Below the pieces are notes generated by a model. It had not been told where the DNA came from and made no database searches. It worked only from the letters and a program-made list of their open reading frames with translations. DNA of 64,000 nt from an uncultured cyanobacterium (GTDB lineage: Bacteria > Cyanobacteriota > Cyanobacteriia > PCC-6307 > Cyanobiaceae), in assembly GCA_963765575.1 (NCBI GenBank), contig CAVXWZ010000001.1, positions 32,001 through 96,000 of the forward strand, read 5' to 3'. Of this stretch, positions 13,261 to 24,067 are shown in pieces; within the stretch, counting starts at the first letter, position 1, and each line of letters starts with the position of its first letter. The translations under genes and the position numbers were made by a program.

Positions 13261-14179
13261 ATTCCTTCATGAGCTGCGCTTTCGCTTGTTCCAGTTCTAT
13301 TTTGGCGGCATCGCTCACTTCGGGATAGTGAAGGTCGAGTGAATCGAGGGCTTCAATAATGGCTGCTCCCACCACCACGCGGGTGAACCACTTGTTGTCG
13401 GCGGGCACCACATACCAGGGCGCCTCCTCTGTGGCGGTATGGCGGATGGTGTCTTCGTAGGCTTTCATGTAATCATCCCAGTGGCCGCGCTCGCGAATGT
13501 CGTTGGCCGAGAACTTCCAGTTTTTGTCGGGATTCTCAAGCCTCTCGAGAAAGCGCTTTTTCTGTTCGCCCTTTGACACATGCAGGAAGAACTTGCGAAT
13601 TACAATTCCATTATTGGAGAGATAGCGCTCATAGTTTCTGATGTCGCGAAAGCGATCTTTCCAGATGCCCTTGCCCACGAGTGGCTTCGGCAGGGTCTGC
13701 TTGGCAAGCAGCTCGGGATGGACGCGCACGACCAGGGTTTCTTCGTAGTAGCTGCGGTTGAAAATGCCAATTCTTCCCCGTTCGGGCAGCATGATGTTGC
13801 TGCGCCAGAGATAGTCATGATCGAGGTCCGTCGCTGAAGGAGCCTTGAACGAGCTCACCTGGCAGCCCTGGGGATTCACCCCGCTCATCACATGTTTGAT
13901 CGTCCCGTCCTTACCAGCCGCATCCATGGCCTGAAAGATCAGCAGCAGCGCCCAGCGGTCCTGGGCATAGAGCAGATCCTGAAACTGAGCGAGTAAATCC
14001 ACGCCCCGGTCCAGAGCCTCTTTGGCGCGGTTTTTGTCGCTTTTGTCGAACTGGAGCGTGTCGGCCGGATCGATAGTCTTCAAATGAAACTTCTCGCCGT
14101 CATCAACACGAAACGGTTTTGAGAAGTCCTTTGCCCGCTTAATCCGATCTTTCTGCTCACTGTCGAAGATCTTGCCCAT
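13253..14179 (-). CDS. ppk2: polyphosphate kinase 2 family protein (class III-like)
   Basis: [11 protein letters not shown]alker [33 protein letters not shown]. Confidence 0.92.
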   Translation of the reverse strand: MGKIFDSEQKDRIKRAKDFSKPFRVDDGEKFHLKTIDPADTLQFDKSDKNRAKEALDRGVDLLAQFQDLLYAQDRWALLLIFQAMDAAGKDGTIKHVMSGVNPQGCQVSSFKAPSATDLDHDYLWRSNIMLPERGRIGIFNRSYYEETLVVRVHPELLAKQTLPKPLVGKGIWKDRFRDIRNYERYLSNNGIVIRKFFLHVSKGEQKKRFLERLENPDKNWKFSANDIRERGHWDDYMKAYEDTIRHTATEEAPWYVVPADNKWFTRVVVGAAIIEALDSLDLHYPEVSDAAKIELEQAKAQLMKESD

Positions 14180-14330
14180 GGTGGCTGCTTCTGGCTGCGC
14201 TCAGTCTGTTGATCAGCAGCTGACGTCACCTGCTTTGGTAGGAAAACGTTGTGTGGATCTTTTCCGCCGCCGAGGTGGAGATCAATGGAATCCAGTCGAA
14301 AGACATCAAGAAATCCTCACCGTCAGCCTG

Positions 14331-14409
14331 CTGGTCTGGCCGGTGAGCCGCCGGCTGGCCCTGCCGCCGGCCTTCCTCGGTGCCGGAGCGCTGCTGAGCG
14401 CGCTGGTGG
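14331..14409 (+). pseudogene. remnant of a DUF2231 gene (paralogue of 24767..25264)
   Basis: 14361-14408 encodes LPPAFLGAGALLSALV versus LPPAFLGADVVLSALV at 25124-25171; 41 of 48 nt identical by manual count. Confidence 0.75.
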
Positions 14410-14440
14410 GGAACCTGATTGTCCTTATGGACGGAGCGGC

Positions 14441-15050
14441 TCAAGGTGTCTGGGTCCTGAACTCTTCTGGTGTAATTCCTTTGGCATTGTAAAACATTCT
14501 GCTGAGGTGAATGTGGCTGGCAAAACCACATTCGAGCGCCACACCAAGGATGGGCTGGTCGCTTTTCCGTAGAAGCTGCCTGGCGTGTTCCACTCGCTGC
14601 TGAATGACATACCGATGCGGCGTGATCAGATCATCGAACATCGTCTGGCAGAGATTGGTCAATGAACTCCAGAACTCGATTCAGTCGAACTGGTGGAAGC
14701 CCGCTTTCGTAGTACTGCTTCGCCAGCACACCGGCGAGCGAGTCCAGATGTAAACGGCTTGTTGGTTGAGGTTGATGCAGTTCCGCGGCCAGTAGGCTGC
14801 TTATGGCTTCAAGCTGGGGATTTCGGCTTTGAACTGTGGGAACCAGACCAAGCTCATTGGCATGCATCCCCATCTCCTCTTGCGCGACTCGCTCCAGGAA
14901 GGAGGCTGAGAGCTGGATCTGCAGGCAATTCTCATCGCCTTTCCATCGCACACAGAGCGGCATTCCCGCGGGCGTGACCAACAGGTCACCATGGTGGTAG
15001 GTCTTGGAGTGGGTCCTGCCATCGTGAATCCACATGACCTCTGATGCCAG
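14441..15050 (-). pseudogene. AraC family regulator, internally deleted and frameshifted
   Basis: N-terminal part (GDLLVTPAG...LHLDSLAGVLA...LNRVLEFIDQSL) and second HTH (QQRVEHARQLL...VALECGFASHIHLSRMF..GITPEEFR) are in different frames; the first HTH is missing. Confidence 0.85.
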
Positions 15051-15110
15051 GTTCCCAGCACTGGCACTGGGCGTGTGGCTTCCCGTCATGCGGCAGGAGC
15101 AGAACCCAAC

Positions 15111-15310
15111 CTACAGAGCGATGAAGCTCAGCGCTGCCACCGCTCCAGCAAGGGTGTCGCCCAGCCTCATCACGGCCTTGCGAATCGACGCTCCGCCCGT
15201 GTTGAGGGACAGCGCCACCACCGAAAACCTGGCCAGTCAGGCGCTGCCAATGGTTGCCAAGGGCCACGGCGTCTGGCCCGCACAAGGGCCTGGGTTGTGC
15301 TCAGGCTGAG
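15111..15310 (-). pseudogene. remnant of the N-terminus of a FUSC family gene (paralogue of 36531..38750)
   Basis: Minus-strand pieces AVALGNHWQR and ARFSVVALSLNTGGASIRKAVMRLGDTLAGAVAALSFIAL* align to WVALSMDWQRPFWAGISVTVLSLDSAGQSMLKVVLRFVGTVVGAVVALSLIAL. Confidence 0.75.
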
Positions 15311-15354
15311 CCGAAGCGCTGGGGAGATGGGCAGACGAAGGGAGGTGATCCCCA

Positions 15355-17043
15355 TCACGGTGATTCTGAAATGGCCACGCTCATGGCGGTGATCGCTTTT
15401 TTGACGCTGGAGAAGCTTCCGAGCGTTTCATCGCGGCCGCCCAATCCGAAGCGTTCCATTTCTTTCTTCATCGTCTTCGACACCGTCACCACTGCGGTTC
15501 GAACACCTTTGTCCTGTAGCTGCCTGCGGAGTTGCTGGAGGGCCTTGCCTGCGGAGAAGTCGATGTCGTCGATACCAGAGGCGTCGATCACCAGGCCCTT
15601 CACCGCCTCCTTCTGCATGGTGAGGATCTTCAGCACTTCATCGGTGAACCGGCTGGCGTTAGCGTAGAAGAGGTTGGCCTCAAAGCGGTAGGCCACGATG
15701 CCGGGTGCTGCCAGGACGCCTGGCGCCACCGGCACGGTTTGCCAGCCCTGGCCCTCCGCATTGGGGGACCACAACCGGGTGCGGGGACGGTAGGTGTGGC
15801 GCACCTGCTCGATCAGAGAGAGCACCACGGCGAGCGCGATGCCCTGCATCACACCGATCTGGGCCACGGTGACCACCGTCGCCAGGGCGATGACAAACTC
15901 GCCGCGCCGCAGCCGCCAGAGTTCGCGCAGTCCGGCCAGGTCGATCAACTTCAGGCCGATCAGAAACACGATCGTGGAGAGCACCACGGCCGGCATCAGG
16001 GCGAGCGGGCCGGTGAGGAACAGCAGCACCAGCAGCACGATAACGACTGTGCTCAGCTGGGCGATCTGGCTGCGGCCCCCGGCGGCATCCACCATCTCGG
16101 TCTTGGTAGGGCTGCCGTTCACCACGAAGGTGCCACTCAGCCCCGCCGCCAGGTTGGCGCAGCCCAGCCCGATCAGATTGATGTTCTCGTTGCAGCCCTC
16201 GTCGTAGCGCTGGGCGTAGGCCCGGGAGGTGGCGGCACTCTGGGCCAGGATCACCACGAAGCAGGAGGCGGCCGTGAGCAGCACCTGGTTCCACTGGGAG
16301 GCTTCCAGCCTGGGAAAACTGAAGCTGGGAAGACCGCCTGGAACGGATCCCACGATCGGAAGACCGTGGGCCTGCAGATCGAACAAGGCACTGAGTCCGA
16401 TGCTGCCGACCACGGCGATCAGCGCCCCGGGGATGCGGGGATTCCACAATCGGCAGCCCGCGATCACGGCGACGATTGCCAGGGCGGCCAGCAGATGGGC
16501 GGGGCGAGACTCTCCAAGCCGTGTGATCACCGAAGCCAGTTGCTGCAGCGCGCCGCTGCCCTGTCTGGGGAGCCCGAAGAGGCCGCCCAGCTCCCCGGTC
16601 GCCACCTGCAGGCCGATGCCGGTGAGCAGACCGATCAGGGCACTGCGTGAGAGGAAATCAGCCAGAAAGCCCAACCGCAGGACTGCCGCCAGCAGCAGCA
16701 GCAGCCCCACCACGATGGCCACGGCCATGGTGAGGCCGAGGTATTCGGGCGATTGGGGCGCCGCCATGCCCAGCAGCGTGGCGGCCAGGATCGCCGCGGT
16801 GGCGGAGTCGGCCGCCACCACCAGATGCCGCGAACTGCCCAGCAGCGCGAAGGCCACCATCGGCAGCAGCATGGTGTAGAGCCCAGTGACGACGGGCGTC
16901 TGGGAGATTCGGGTGTAGCCCATCACCTCGGGGATGGCCAGGGCCGCCAGGGTGAGGCCAGCGATCACGTCGGCCCCCAGTTGCTCACGCCGCAGCGGCA
17001 GCAGTCCGGCAGGGCGGGGCAGATGACGCAGCAGGGGACTCAT
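15355..17043 (-). CDS. SulP family anion transporter with STAS domain
   Basis: DVIAGLTLAALAIPEVMGY, GLYTMLLP, GSSRHL, GGRSQIA, LFYANA, IDASGIDDID. Confidence 0.92.
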   Translation of the reverse strand: MSPLLRHLPRPAGLLPLRREQLGADVIAGLTLAALAIPEVMGYTRISQTPVVTGLYTMLLPMVAFALLGSSRHLVVAADSATAAILAATLLGMAAPQSPEYLGLTMAVAIVVGLLLLLAAVLRLGFLADFLSRSALIGLLTGIGLQVATGELGGLFGLPRQGSGALQQLASVITRLGESRPAHLLAALAIVAVIAGCRLWNPRIPGALIAVVGSIGLSALFDLQAHGLPIVGSVPGGLPSFSFPRLEASQWNQVLLTAASCFVVILAQSAATSRAYAQRYDEGCNENINLIGLGCANLAAGLSGTFVVNGSPTKTEMVDAAGGRSQIAQLSTVVIVLLVLLFLTGPLALMPAVVLSTIVFLIGLKLIDLAGLRELWRLRRGEFVIALATVVTVAQIGVMQGIALAVVLSLIEQVRHTYRPRTRLWSPNAEGQGWQTVPVAPGVLAAPGIVAYRFEANLFYANASRFTDEVLKILTMQKEAVKGLVIDASGIDDIDFSAGKALQQLRRQLQDKGVRTAVVTVSKTMKKEMERFGLGGRDETLGSFSSVKKAITAMSVAISESP

Positions 17044-17092
17044 GGGGCAGCCGAGATGGAGTGATGGGAGCCTGATTCTGGCCGATGCAACG

Positions 17093-17390
17093 TCAAGGTG
17101 AGGCAGTTCTTGGCCACGCCCACCAGCAGGCGGTGCTCCAGAATGCCATCAGGTTGCCCAGCGCAGCTCTGTCGCATGTTGATAAACGGCTGCGAAACCC
17201 CCGGAGATCATCAGAAGGACCACGGTGCACAGGAGTGTCATCAACATCGCCAGGAGCACCTGGCGGAGAATCAGAGGGGATTTCCCCTGGGCTTGCAGCA
17301 GCAGATTGTCGAGGGGAATGGGCCCGGGCGGCTTCTGTGGGTGCCTGGCTTTCAGCCGTGATCAGCAGGCTCAGCATCACGGAGAGCATC
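17093..17390 (-). pseudogene. probable remnant of a potassium channel family gene with the pore region deleted (paralogue of 35461..36027)
   Basis: LRQVLLAMLMTLLCTVV...ELRW then, in other frames, LMAFWSTA/LLVGV. These match LQQLGLGIVLLVICALL...FERW and LLLGWSTALLVVV of the intact gene; no GYGD segment lies between them. Confidence 0.55.
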
Positions 17391-17620
17391 TCCAGGCTCA
17401 GCAGGTCCTTGAAGAGAAATGAATATCTACGGGAGCGCATGAAGCAGGCGTGTCCTTGTGGAGTTTCGCAGGTTCCGTTGAATGTCGTTGGGAGGCCGTT
17501 GGCCCGCCTGCACCGGTCGGAATAGGGTGATCGAAAGGACCACCGGGGCCTGATCCCTGGCTGCGGGGACCACTGACTCTGCAGCTGCTGATCCCTGCCA
17601 ACAGCTATCCCCGGGTCTGA

Positions 17621-18730
17621 TCATGGATTGGGTTGGCCAGAGGGAGCCGTTGAATCCGGAGAGCTGATATTCTGGTAGTCAAAAATGTCGATGGGTACAA
17701 TTCGAATCGTGAGTTTCATGGTGTCAATTCCCATCGCTCTAACCGCCTCATAGAGGCGTTGATCAAGATTGTCGATATTATCCTGATCCTCGATGAAATC
17801 CTTGTTTGCCGAGCCAAGAATATTAACGTAGGCTATGCCATTGACAAGCTTTGTGTCTACGTGATGAATGAGATTGATGTTTCGATAGGCACCTTCTCTG
17901 TGCAGACTGTGCAAGACGAGCTGCACTCTGTTGTCAAGTGCAAACTCGTGCAGTGAGGCTGTGAGGGGTCGTGACAGCAAGATGACCACGATGAGGCCCA
18001 GTGCCAGTGATTGAAGGGATTTTCGAAGGCTCCCATAGGATTGATAGATCAACACCAAGCAAGACGAGAGTGTAATTCCGATAAGATTAGCCAGGAAGAG
18101 CAGGAAAGAACCTCCTGCAATATCGAGATTCGAAACATAAAAGTGCCCAACCGTTCCCGTTAAGGTGCTTCCACCTGCGAGCCCTATGCCAACAACGCAT
18201 AGGGGAGGAATCAGAGCCACGGCAATCGCCACTCCTGCAATGGAACTGGCAATGCTCTTGCGCGTGAGCGAAAATGCTCCTGCGGCCCCAGCAGCCATGG
18301 CAATGCCTAGATCCAGCGTCGTTGGACGCGTTCTGCTGAGGACTTCTGAACCAACAACATCCCACGGCGTAATCCCCACGACCAAGGCTGCAACCATGAC
18401 GGCCAGGATTGACCCGATCACAATGGTTAATCCTGAACGCAGGACAAGGACCCCATTGGCTGTGACAATGGCAAAAGAAAGGCTTAAAATGGGATTCATT
18501 AGTGGTGCTACGATCATGGCCCCGATGATCACAGCAGCACTGTTTGCGATCAGTCCCAAGGTGGCAATAACTGAAGCCAGGATGATGAGAAAAAAGAAAC
18601 CAAACGAGGGAATCGATCCAGCTTCTCGAGATTCCGCTAGTTCTTGAGTTGGAATTCTCGCCTCAAGGCTGATAGTCCATGAAGCTGTAACTGTTTGAAT
18701 GGTATTCCAGAATTTAGCCTGTAGTTTCAT
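17621..18730 (-). CDS. DUF389 domain membrane protein
   Basis: IATLGLIANSAAVIIGAMIVAPLMNPI, EVLSRTRPTTLDL, GVAIAVALIPPLCVVG. Confidence 0.9.
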   Translation of the reverse strand: MKLQAKFWNTIQTVTASWTISLEARIPTQELAESREAGSIPSFGFFFLIILASVIATLGLIANSAAVIIGAMIVAPLMNPILSLSFAIVTANGVLVLRSGLTIVIGSILAVMVAALVVGITPWDVVGSEVLSRTRPTTLDLGIAMAAGAAGAFSLTRKSIASSIAGVAIAVALIPPLCVVGIGLAGGSTLTGTVGHFYVSNLDIAGGSFLLFLANLIGITLSSCLVLIYQSYGSLRKSLQSLALGLIVVILLSRPLTASLHEFALDNRVQLVLHSLHREGAYRNINLIHHVDTKLVNGIAYVNILGSANKDFIEDQDNIDNLDQRLYEAVRAMGIDTMKLTIRIVPIDIFDYQNISSPDSTAPSGQPNP

Positions 18731-18744
18731 GGATAAGAGTTGTT

Positions 18745-20614
18745 CTATTGACCATCGGTGAAGGAGGGCAGTTGCATCAATTCCAAACGAGGGGCACCAA
18801 CAGAGATACCAGCATCATCCAGAGCTATCTTGAGACGACGGCGGAATTCGCGTCCCACTGGCCACTGCTCAAAGGTCTTTGTCTTGATCAGTATCCTTAT
18901 TAGTACGCCCTGATGAGCGATATCATCAACACCCAGTAACTCTGGAGCTTCCAGAATACTATCTGACCAATCAGGGTCATGAAAAAGATCAGTGGCCACA
19001 CTGGATATCACGCCCATCGCCTGATCAATATCTTCTGACACTGCAATCTGAATTGTATGGTTGACACGTGCCCACGAACTCGTTAGGTTCTTGATGACTC
19101 CAATCACCCCATTGGGAATCGAAATCAGTTCACCATCAAGATTTCGAAGCTGAGTAACTCTTAATGTCATGCGTTCGACCAATCCTGAGTTATCATCAAT
19201 GACGACGACATCGCCAACTGCCAGCTGATCTTCAATTAAGATCAGCAAACCATTAATGAGATCTCGAATCAGGTTCTGCGACGCAAGAGAAAGTGCAAAG
19301 CTAAAGAAACCGAGGACGACTGTTACGGTCTGAGTGAATGCGCCTAGGTTGTGAAGGTGATAAAAAATGATAACTCCGACAAGTAAGTAAATTGTTATCC
19401 TTAGCCATGCCTTGAGCGCTGATGCAAGTGTGGGGACCCGGAATCTCATGCGTTCATTCGTCTGGTTCTGAAGCCAGTTTGCGACATAGAGGTCACACAG
19501 TGCATTCCCTATCTTTATCGCCAGAAGCATGGCAACAACCACAACTAGGATGAGCAGAGGAGGACCGATTGTCGCCTCTCTCCCTACGCTCATCACCCAG
19601 TCGAGTGGGGCAAACCGCGCCTCTCTAGCCGATAATGTCTTGTCTAGGTCGCGAATTGAGATGCCCAGGATAAAATTCCCTACTGGTCTTGTAAAGAAGA
19701 ATTTTCCAGCCAGCCATGCGGCCCCCATCATCCACAGGAGCCACTGGCCCCAGTACAACAATGAAAGCCATAGTTTCAGCAAACTGATTTTTGCTCGCCT
19801 TCGAATACTGGCTCTTCGCAGTAAGCGACTCTTTGAATCAATGTCTGAGTCGCTAATGTCATCGGAGCGACTAATGGAATCATCTCTTTGCCGTTGCGTT
19901 CGAATATTTACATCAAGCCTATCTGCGGAGCTTATCACCAAGCTTCCACATCCCCGTGCTGATAACAATCAGAATCCCGAGAGCCAGGAGGGATTCCTTC
20001 AGTGCCGAAAGCAGATAAGGCTTCTGTCTTTCTTCCCATGCATCAAGCAAAATAGGTTTTGCTACCGCGGCTGATCTCTGCACGATTGCACCAGGAGCTG
20101 AGCTAAGTTCGCGAACCCTTGCGACATCGGCAGAGGTCGTTGTGTAGATCAGTTCAGGTGGATCACCCTTTGGAAATTCAATCATTAATCTGGCTTCGCC
20201 CGAGGTCTGTTTAACGTAGAACTGCAACTGATCGTCTAGTATCCGCCTCTGTTCTGCAACGTCTGTGATGCCATCTCTTCTCAACAAATTCGAGCTGACA
20301 CTCAAATTCTGCAGGTATCTCTGCAATCGTCCGTGAACAATATAGCTGCGTTCTTGCGACGTAAGTTCTGGCGCCTTGTCTGAGCCGCTAGCAATATTAA
20401 TGTCTCCTGACATAATAGATATAGCTTTGCCGTCGAGAAAAAGAGGTGATACTTCGATGTTCCCTTGTCTAAATGTAGGGATAATCTGTGGGGCTTGGAT
20501 CTTTCCTGCCGCCGGTTGCATGCCAGGAATTAGTTGTGCTGCCACTGGCGGCGCCAACAGGATCAGGACAGAAAAACCAACGAGAAAAGCCCTGCAGAGT
20601 GTGAACTTAATCAT
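18745..20614 (-). CDS. MscS family mechanosensitive channel with large N-terminal domain; +1 frameshift near 19924
   Basis: Signal-bearing N-part (MIKFTLC...) joins the C-part (SQNLIRDLINGLLILIEDQLAVGD, GLVERMTLRVTQLRNLDGELISIPNG) if one base is removed (KLR|DRLDV). Confidence 0.85.
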
Positions 20615-20862
20615 TCTTCTATTGGGCTGCCGGGGGTGTGGAAGGGCGCCTTCGCTTTGACTGTAGACACAATCCTCGAATAATGTCACGGACTACCTGT
20701 CTGCGCGGCGTTTCTGTTGCAAGTGCAACGGTGCAACCACCCGGTGGTTGCTCTGTTCTTGCAATGTAATAAACCTGAATGTAATCCTTGAGAGCTGTCG
20801 GGCCTCAACCGGGGCTCCTCCATTCATTGGTCGGTCTTTGGCACAGAGATGAAAATAGCTAA

Positions 20863-21999
20863 TCAAGTCAGCCGCTGCTCTTGTTCGTTGTCAACGGCGT
20901 TGCGATAGGCGCTGATGAAGTGGTTGGGGCCGATATCTCCAATTGTAGACGTAAAGGTCCAGGGCTCACCTGTGTGCACATACACAAGATTCCTTGCGCG
21001 CGTCGGCGGCAGCTTGGGCACCAGATCTGCCTGATTCACCACCCTGTAGGCGTTCGGAACCCTGCTGCTGAATGCCTCCGCGAAGACTGGATCCCCCAGC
21101 CGGGGAGCAGCGTAGGTATAGAGCCTGAGGTTGTTGCGGAGGGCTGGGACCTTCTGCGCAATGTCCCAGGCGGCCAGGCTGGCCAACGGTGCACCAAGGC
21201 TGTGACCTGAGAGGTAGAGGGGCTTTGACCCATCCAGTTCTTCCACCGCCTGGATCACGGCCTTGCTGATGCGGCCGTAGATCGTGGCGAAGCCGCGGTG
21301 AACCGCCCCGAGAAAGTCAAACTCGGGTACATCACCACTCACCACCTGCCTGGCGTTGATGGTCTGCAGCCATTCGTGGCCGCGCTGAGTTCCTCGAAGC
21401 ACCAGGATGTGATGCCTTGGGCCTGTGAGCACGTAGCCCCAATACACTGGGTAGCTCCACTGCATCACCAAGGCCTGGCTTGCGATCCCCTGGATCCGGC
21501 TGCGAATCAGGTTGACGCCTGCCACCAGGGGATCCTGCTTCTGCCGGTCGTTGATGGGAACGCGCTTTTCGGCTGTCACCATGTCCGGCCCCTTGATGGA
21601 GGCCACCTGCCGGTAGCCGGAGAAGCGCTTCTCGTAACTGGGTAAGCTTGCGATGGCGCCTTGGTAGCGAAGGTTGAACTTGCCGGTGAGGTATTGCTCC
21701 GTTCCCAGGCGACTGGCCAGGATCAGCGTCTTGGAGATTGAGCGTTCATAGGGAACGATGGGCGCTGTGAGGCTCAACTCGGAGAGGATGCGTTGAACCT
21801 CCGCGGTGGATTCCAGATCCCCTTCGATGGCCTGGTTGACAGCCTTCTCAACCGCTTGAGGGTCGTTGAGTACCTGGTTTGTGAGCTTGGCCTGTTGGGA
21901 GAGAATGGTCCTTTGCCGCAGAGCACTGCCCACACCCGTAGCCAAGCTGCCAAGGCCGAGGGCCGCCAGAAGAACCTGTCGTCGCCTCCATTCAGGCAT
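20863..21999 (-). CDS. class 3 lipase family protein with Tat-like signal
   Basis: MPEWRRRQVLLAALG; LRGT, VHRGF, nucleophile elbow GHSLG, YTYAAPRLG, NQADLVP, C-terminal His (GPNHF). Confidence 0.88.
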   Translation of the reverse strand: MPEWRRRQVLLAALGLGSLATGVGSALRQRTILSQQAKLTNQVLNDPQAVEKAVNQAIEGDLESTAEVQRILSELSLTAPIVPYERSISKTLILASRLGTEQYLTGKFNLRYQGAIASLPSYEKRFSGYRQVASIKGPDMVTAEKRVPINDRQKQDPLVAGVNLIRSRIQGIASQALVMQWSYPVYWGYVLTGPRHHILVLRGTQRGHEWLQTINARQVVSGDVPEFDFLGAVHRGFATIYGRISKAVIQAVEELDGSKPLYLSGHSLGAPLASLAAWDIAQKVPALRNNLRLYTYAAPRLGDPVFAEAFSSRVPNAYRVVNQADLVPKLPPTRARNLVYVHTGEPWTFTSTIGDIGPNHFISAYRNAVDNEQEQRLT

Positions 22000-22453
22000 T
22001 GCTGATCCCCATGGACGCCCGCGAACGGCGACGCAGCAAGCCATTCATGAAGAACGTATTGAACGCAGCTCCCAGGGTCCAGGCTCCGCTCATCAGGGCT
22101 GCCGACAGGGCAAGGCTTTCGATGCCAGGAACCATCGCACCGAGAAATTCCAGGGATACCCAGGCCAGCAGCGCGATTGCGCATGCGCCCAGGGTGTTGA
22201 CCAATTGGCCGAGTGCTGAGATCGGGTTGAAGTTGACCGCGAAGCCCCACTGGCGCCCGACGTCCCAGACCATCTTCGTCACCAACAGTGTGGTGATCAC
22301 CATGACTGGGGTCAAAAAATCACGAAAGAGTCCCAGAACTGCCAGTCCTATGGCATAGTCCACAACCATCTCCTGCACCGCCTCGTATCTCCGCAGTAGG
22401 CCTTGCTCCACGAGCTTGGTGTGTTCAGCGTCCGCGCTCTGGCCTCGTTGCAT
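21992..22453 (-). CDS. hypothetical membrane protein, overlapping the lipase start
   Basis: 153 aa, several hydrophobic helices; 8-nt overlap with the lipase gene. Confidence 0.7.
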   Translation of the reverse strand: MQRGQSADAEHTKLVEQGLLRRYEAVQEMVVDYAIGLAVLGLFRDFLTPVMVITTLLVTKMVWDVGRQWGFAVNFNPISALGQLVNTLGACAIALLAWVSLEFLGAMVPGIESLALSAALMSGAWTLGAAFNTFFMNGLLRRRSRASMGISNA

Positions 22454-22529
22454 CGTGATGAATGGAGTTAATAGATCCTAGCAGTCGTGGTATCTTATGT
22501 GTCGAAAGGTGTTTACTGGCTCGCGCTCG

Positions 22530-23846
22530 TCAGGGGCTGAATGTGTAGGTCAGGCCGGTGAGATACTGGTAATTCAGGCTATTACTTCGATTGTCCGGGC
22601 TTTCGCTGGCGTACCTTGCAAGAATTCGACTGTTCCAAGCCCAGTTCTTTCGAATGGGTATCTTCAGATTCAGATCGACATAGGCAAAATACTCGTCGAA
22701 TTGTTCTGAGCCTGTGCCCACTGCAAGCAAGGGTGAGAATGTGGCCTCGCCAATCGAAAATCCACGGCCGTAGAGAATTAGGCCAATCACTGGTGATAGC
22801 CGATCACGGACAACGTCTTCATTGATCTCGTCATATTCATATCGTGCTCCAAAGCCCAGCTGGAGATCCAGGAAATTCTCGATTGTTTCACCTCTCCACA
22901 GGTTGATGCCTGGCCCCAGAAAAGTGGAATTCACGACTGTGGTGTCTTCGTCGTCAGTGCTGCCGGTGATCACGCCCGAATTAACAGCAGTGAAGTTGCC
23001 TGCAAAAAGATTCCATGTGTCATTCAGGTGATAGCGATAGACTGCGGTTGAGCTCACGTTGGGCTTGAGGCGATTAACGTCTCGCCCGCTGTCATAATTC
23101 AAGCTAGCGATGATGTCAAAACCTAGATCTTGATTTGTCCATGGCTTGAACAGGCTCAACGTGGCACTGCCGTTGGCGGTGACATCATTGAACGATGTGC
23201 CACTGACTGCAAGGCCTCCTGTCAGTCGTCGAGGTGCTTCCGCAAAGGGGTAGGACGGCCCGCGCTCCCTGTCTGCACGACTGGCCATTGCTTCCTCGTC
23301 CAGGGTGCGGGCTGTGTCCCCTTCCCCCAGGGCCCCATATCCCAGGGCGACCTGCTGCTTGAGATCTGATCTGGATGGGGATGGCGGCATGGCCACCAAT
23401 GCTTTTCTGGCATCTTCAAGTGTCAACTTGGCAGCTTCTTCGTCTCCCAGTTGCGCTTGTAAGCGTGCAATTTGCAGCAATTCCAGCACTTGTCGAGCTG
23501 AACCAGGCTTCGTTAACACCTCCTCTTTGGCCCTGACCAGCAGTGGTGCCACATCGTCTGAACAGGCAGTGGCCACGCACCAGGCGACCCGGTCAAGGAG
23601 GAACTTCGCGTTGCGTGCTACGCCCTGGTGGTCGTCACCTCGCTCATCGTCGTGGTTGCCGTCGCTTCCATTGGGCGCGACGACGTTGATCGTGGGGTTT
23701 GCCCCTTGGGTTGTCCCTCGCCTTGTCGACGCGATCGGATGGTATCGCCTGTGCGCTTGCGTTGCAGGGGCGTCGCTGGCAGAAACCGTGCTGGGCGCCA
23801 AGGTCAGGAGACACAGCCAGCCGGCGAGCTGGGGCCGGGACAACAT
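22530..23846 (-). CDS. DUF481-like outer-membrane beta-barrel protein with N-terminal TPR-like helices
   Basis: Signal peptide, helical LLQIARLQAQLGD...A segment, amphipathic strands (YRYHLNDTW, LGFGARYE), terminal GLTYTF motif. Confidence 0.7.
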   Translation of the reverse strand: MLSRPQLAGWLCLLTLAPSTVSASDAPATQAHRRYHPIASTRRGTTQGANPTINVVAPNGSDGNHDDERGDDHQGVARNAKFLLDRVAWCVATACSDDVAPLLVRAKEEVLTKPGSARQVLELLQIARLQAQLGDEEAAKLTLEDARKALVAMPPSPSRSDLKQQVALGYGALGEGDTARTLDEEAMASRADRERGPSYPFAEAPRRLTGGLAVSGTSFNDVTANGSATLSLFKPWTNQDLGFDIIASLNYDSGRDVNRLKPNVSSTAVYRYHLNDTWNLFAGNFTAVNSGVITGSTDDEDTTVVNSTFLGPGINLWRGETIENFLDLQLGFGARYEYDEINEDVVRDRLSPVIGLILYGRGFSIGEATFSPLLAVGTGSEQFDEYFAYVDLNLKIPIRKNWAWNSRILARYASESPDNRSNSLNYQYLTGLTYTFSP

Positions 23847-24067
23847 GTCACTCAACCACCAGCGCCAGCCTTCCAAGATCGCAGCCGTTCAATGGAGATA
23901 GGGTACCCCGATGGTCTTGGGTAGGTCTTGACTCTGGTCTTCCCTTGGCAGGACTGAAGCGCGACTTTCGGCTGCAGATCGTCAAGTCTTCACGTGCCCG
24001 TTGCATTGTTGCGTCTTGGCGGTGCTCGGCGCCGCTGGCCCTGGCGTTTTCCGACTCGCGCGCTCGA

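Noticed and set aside
17427..17624. 65-aa minus-strand ORF overlapping the DUF389 stop
   Set aside because: The ATGA overlap hints at a former gene, but the product has no recognisable features.
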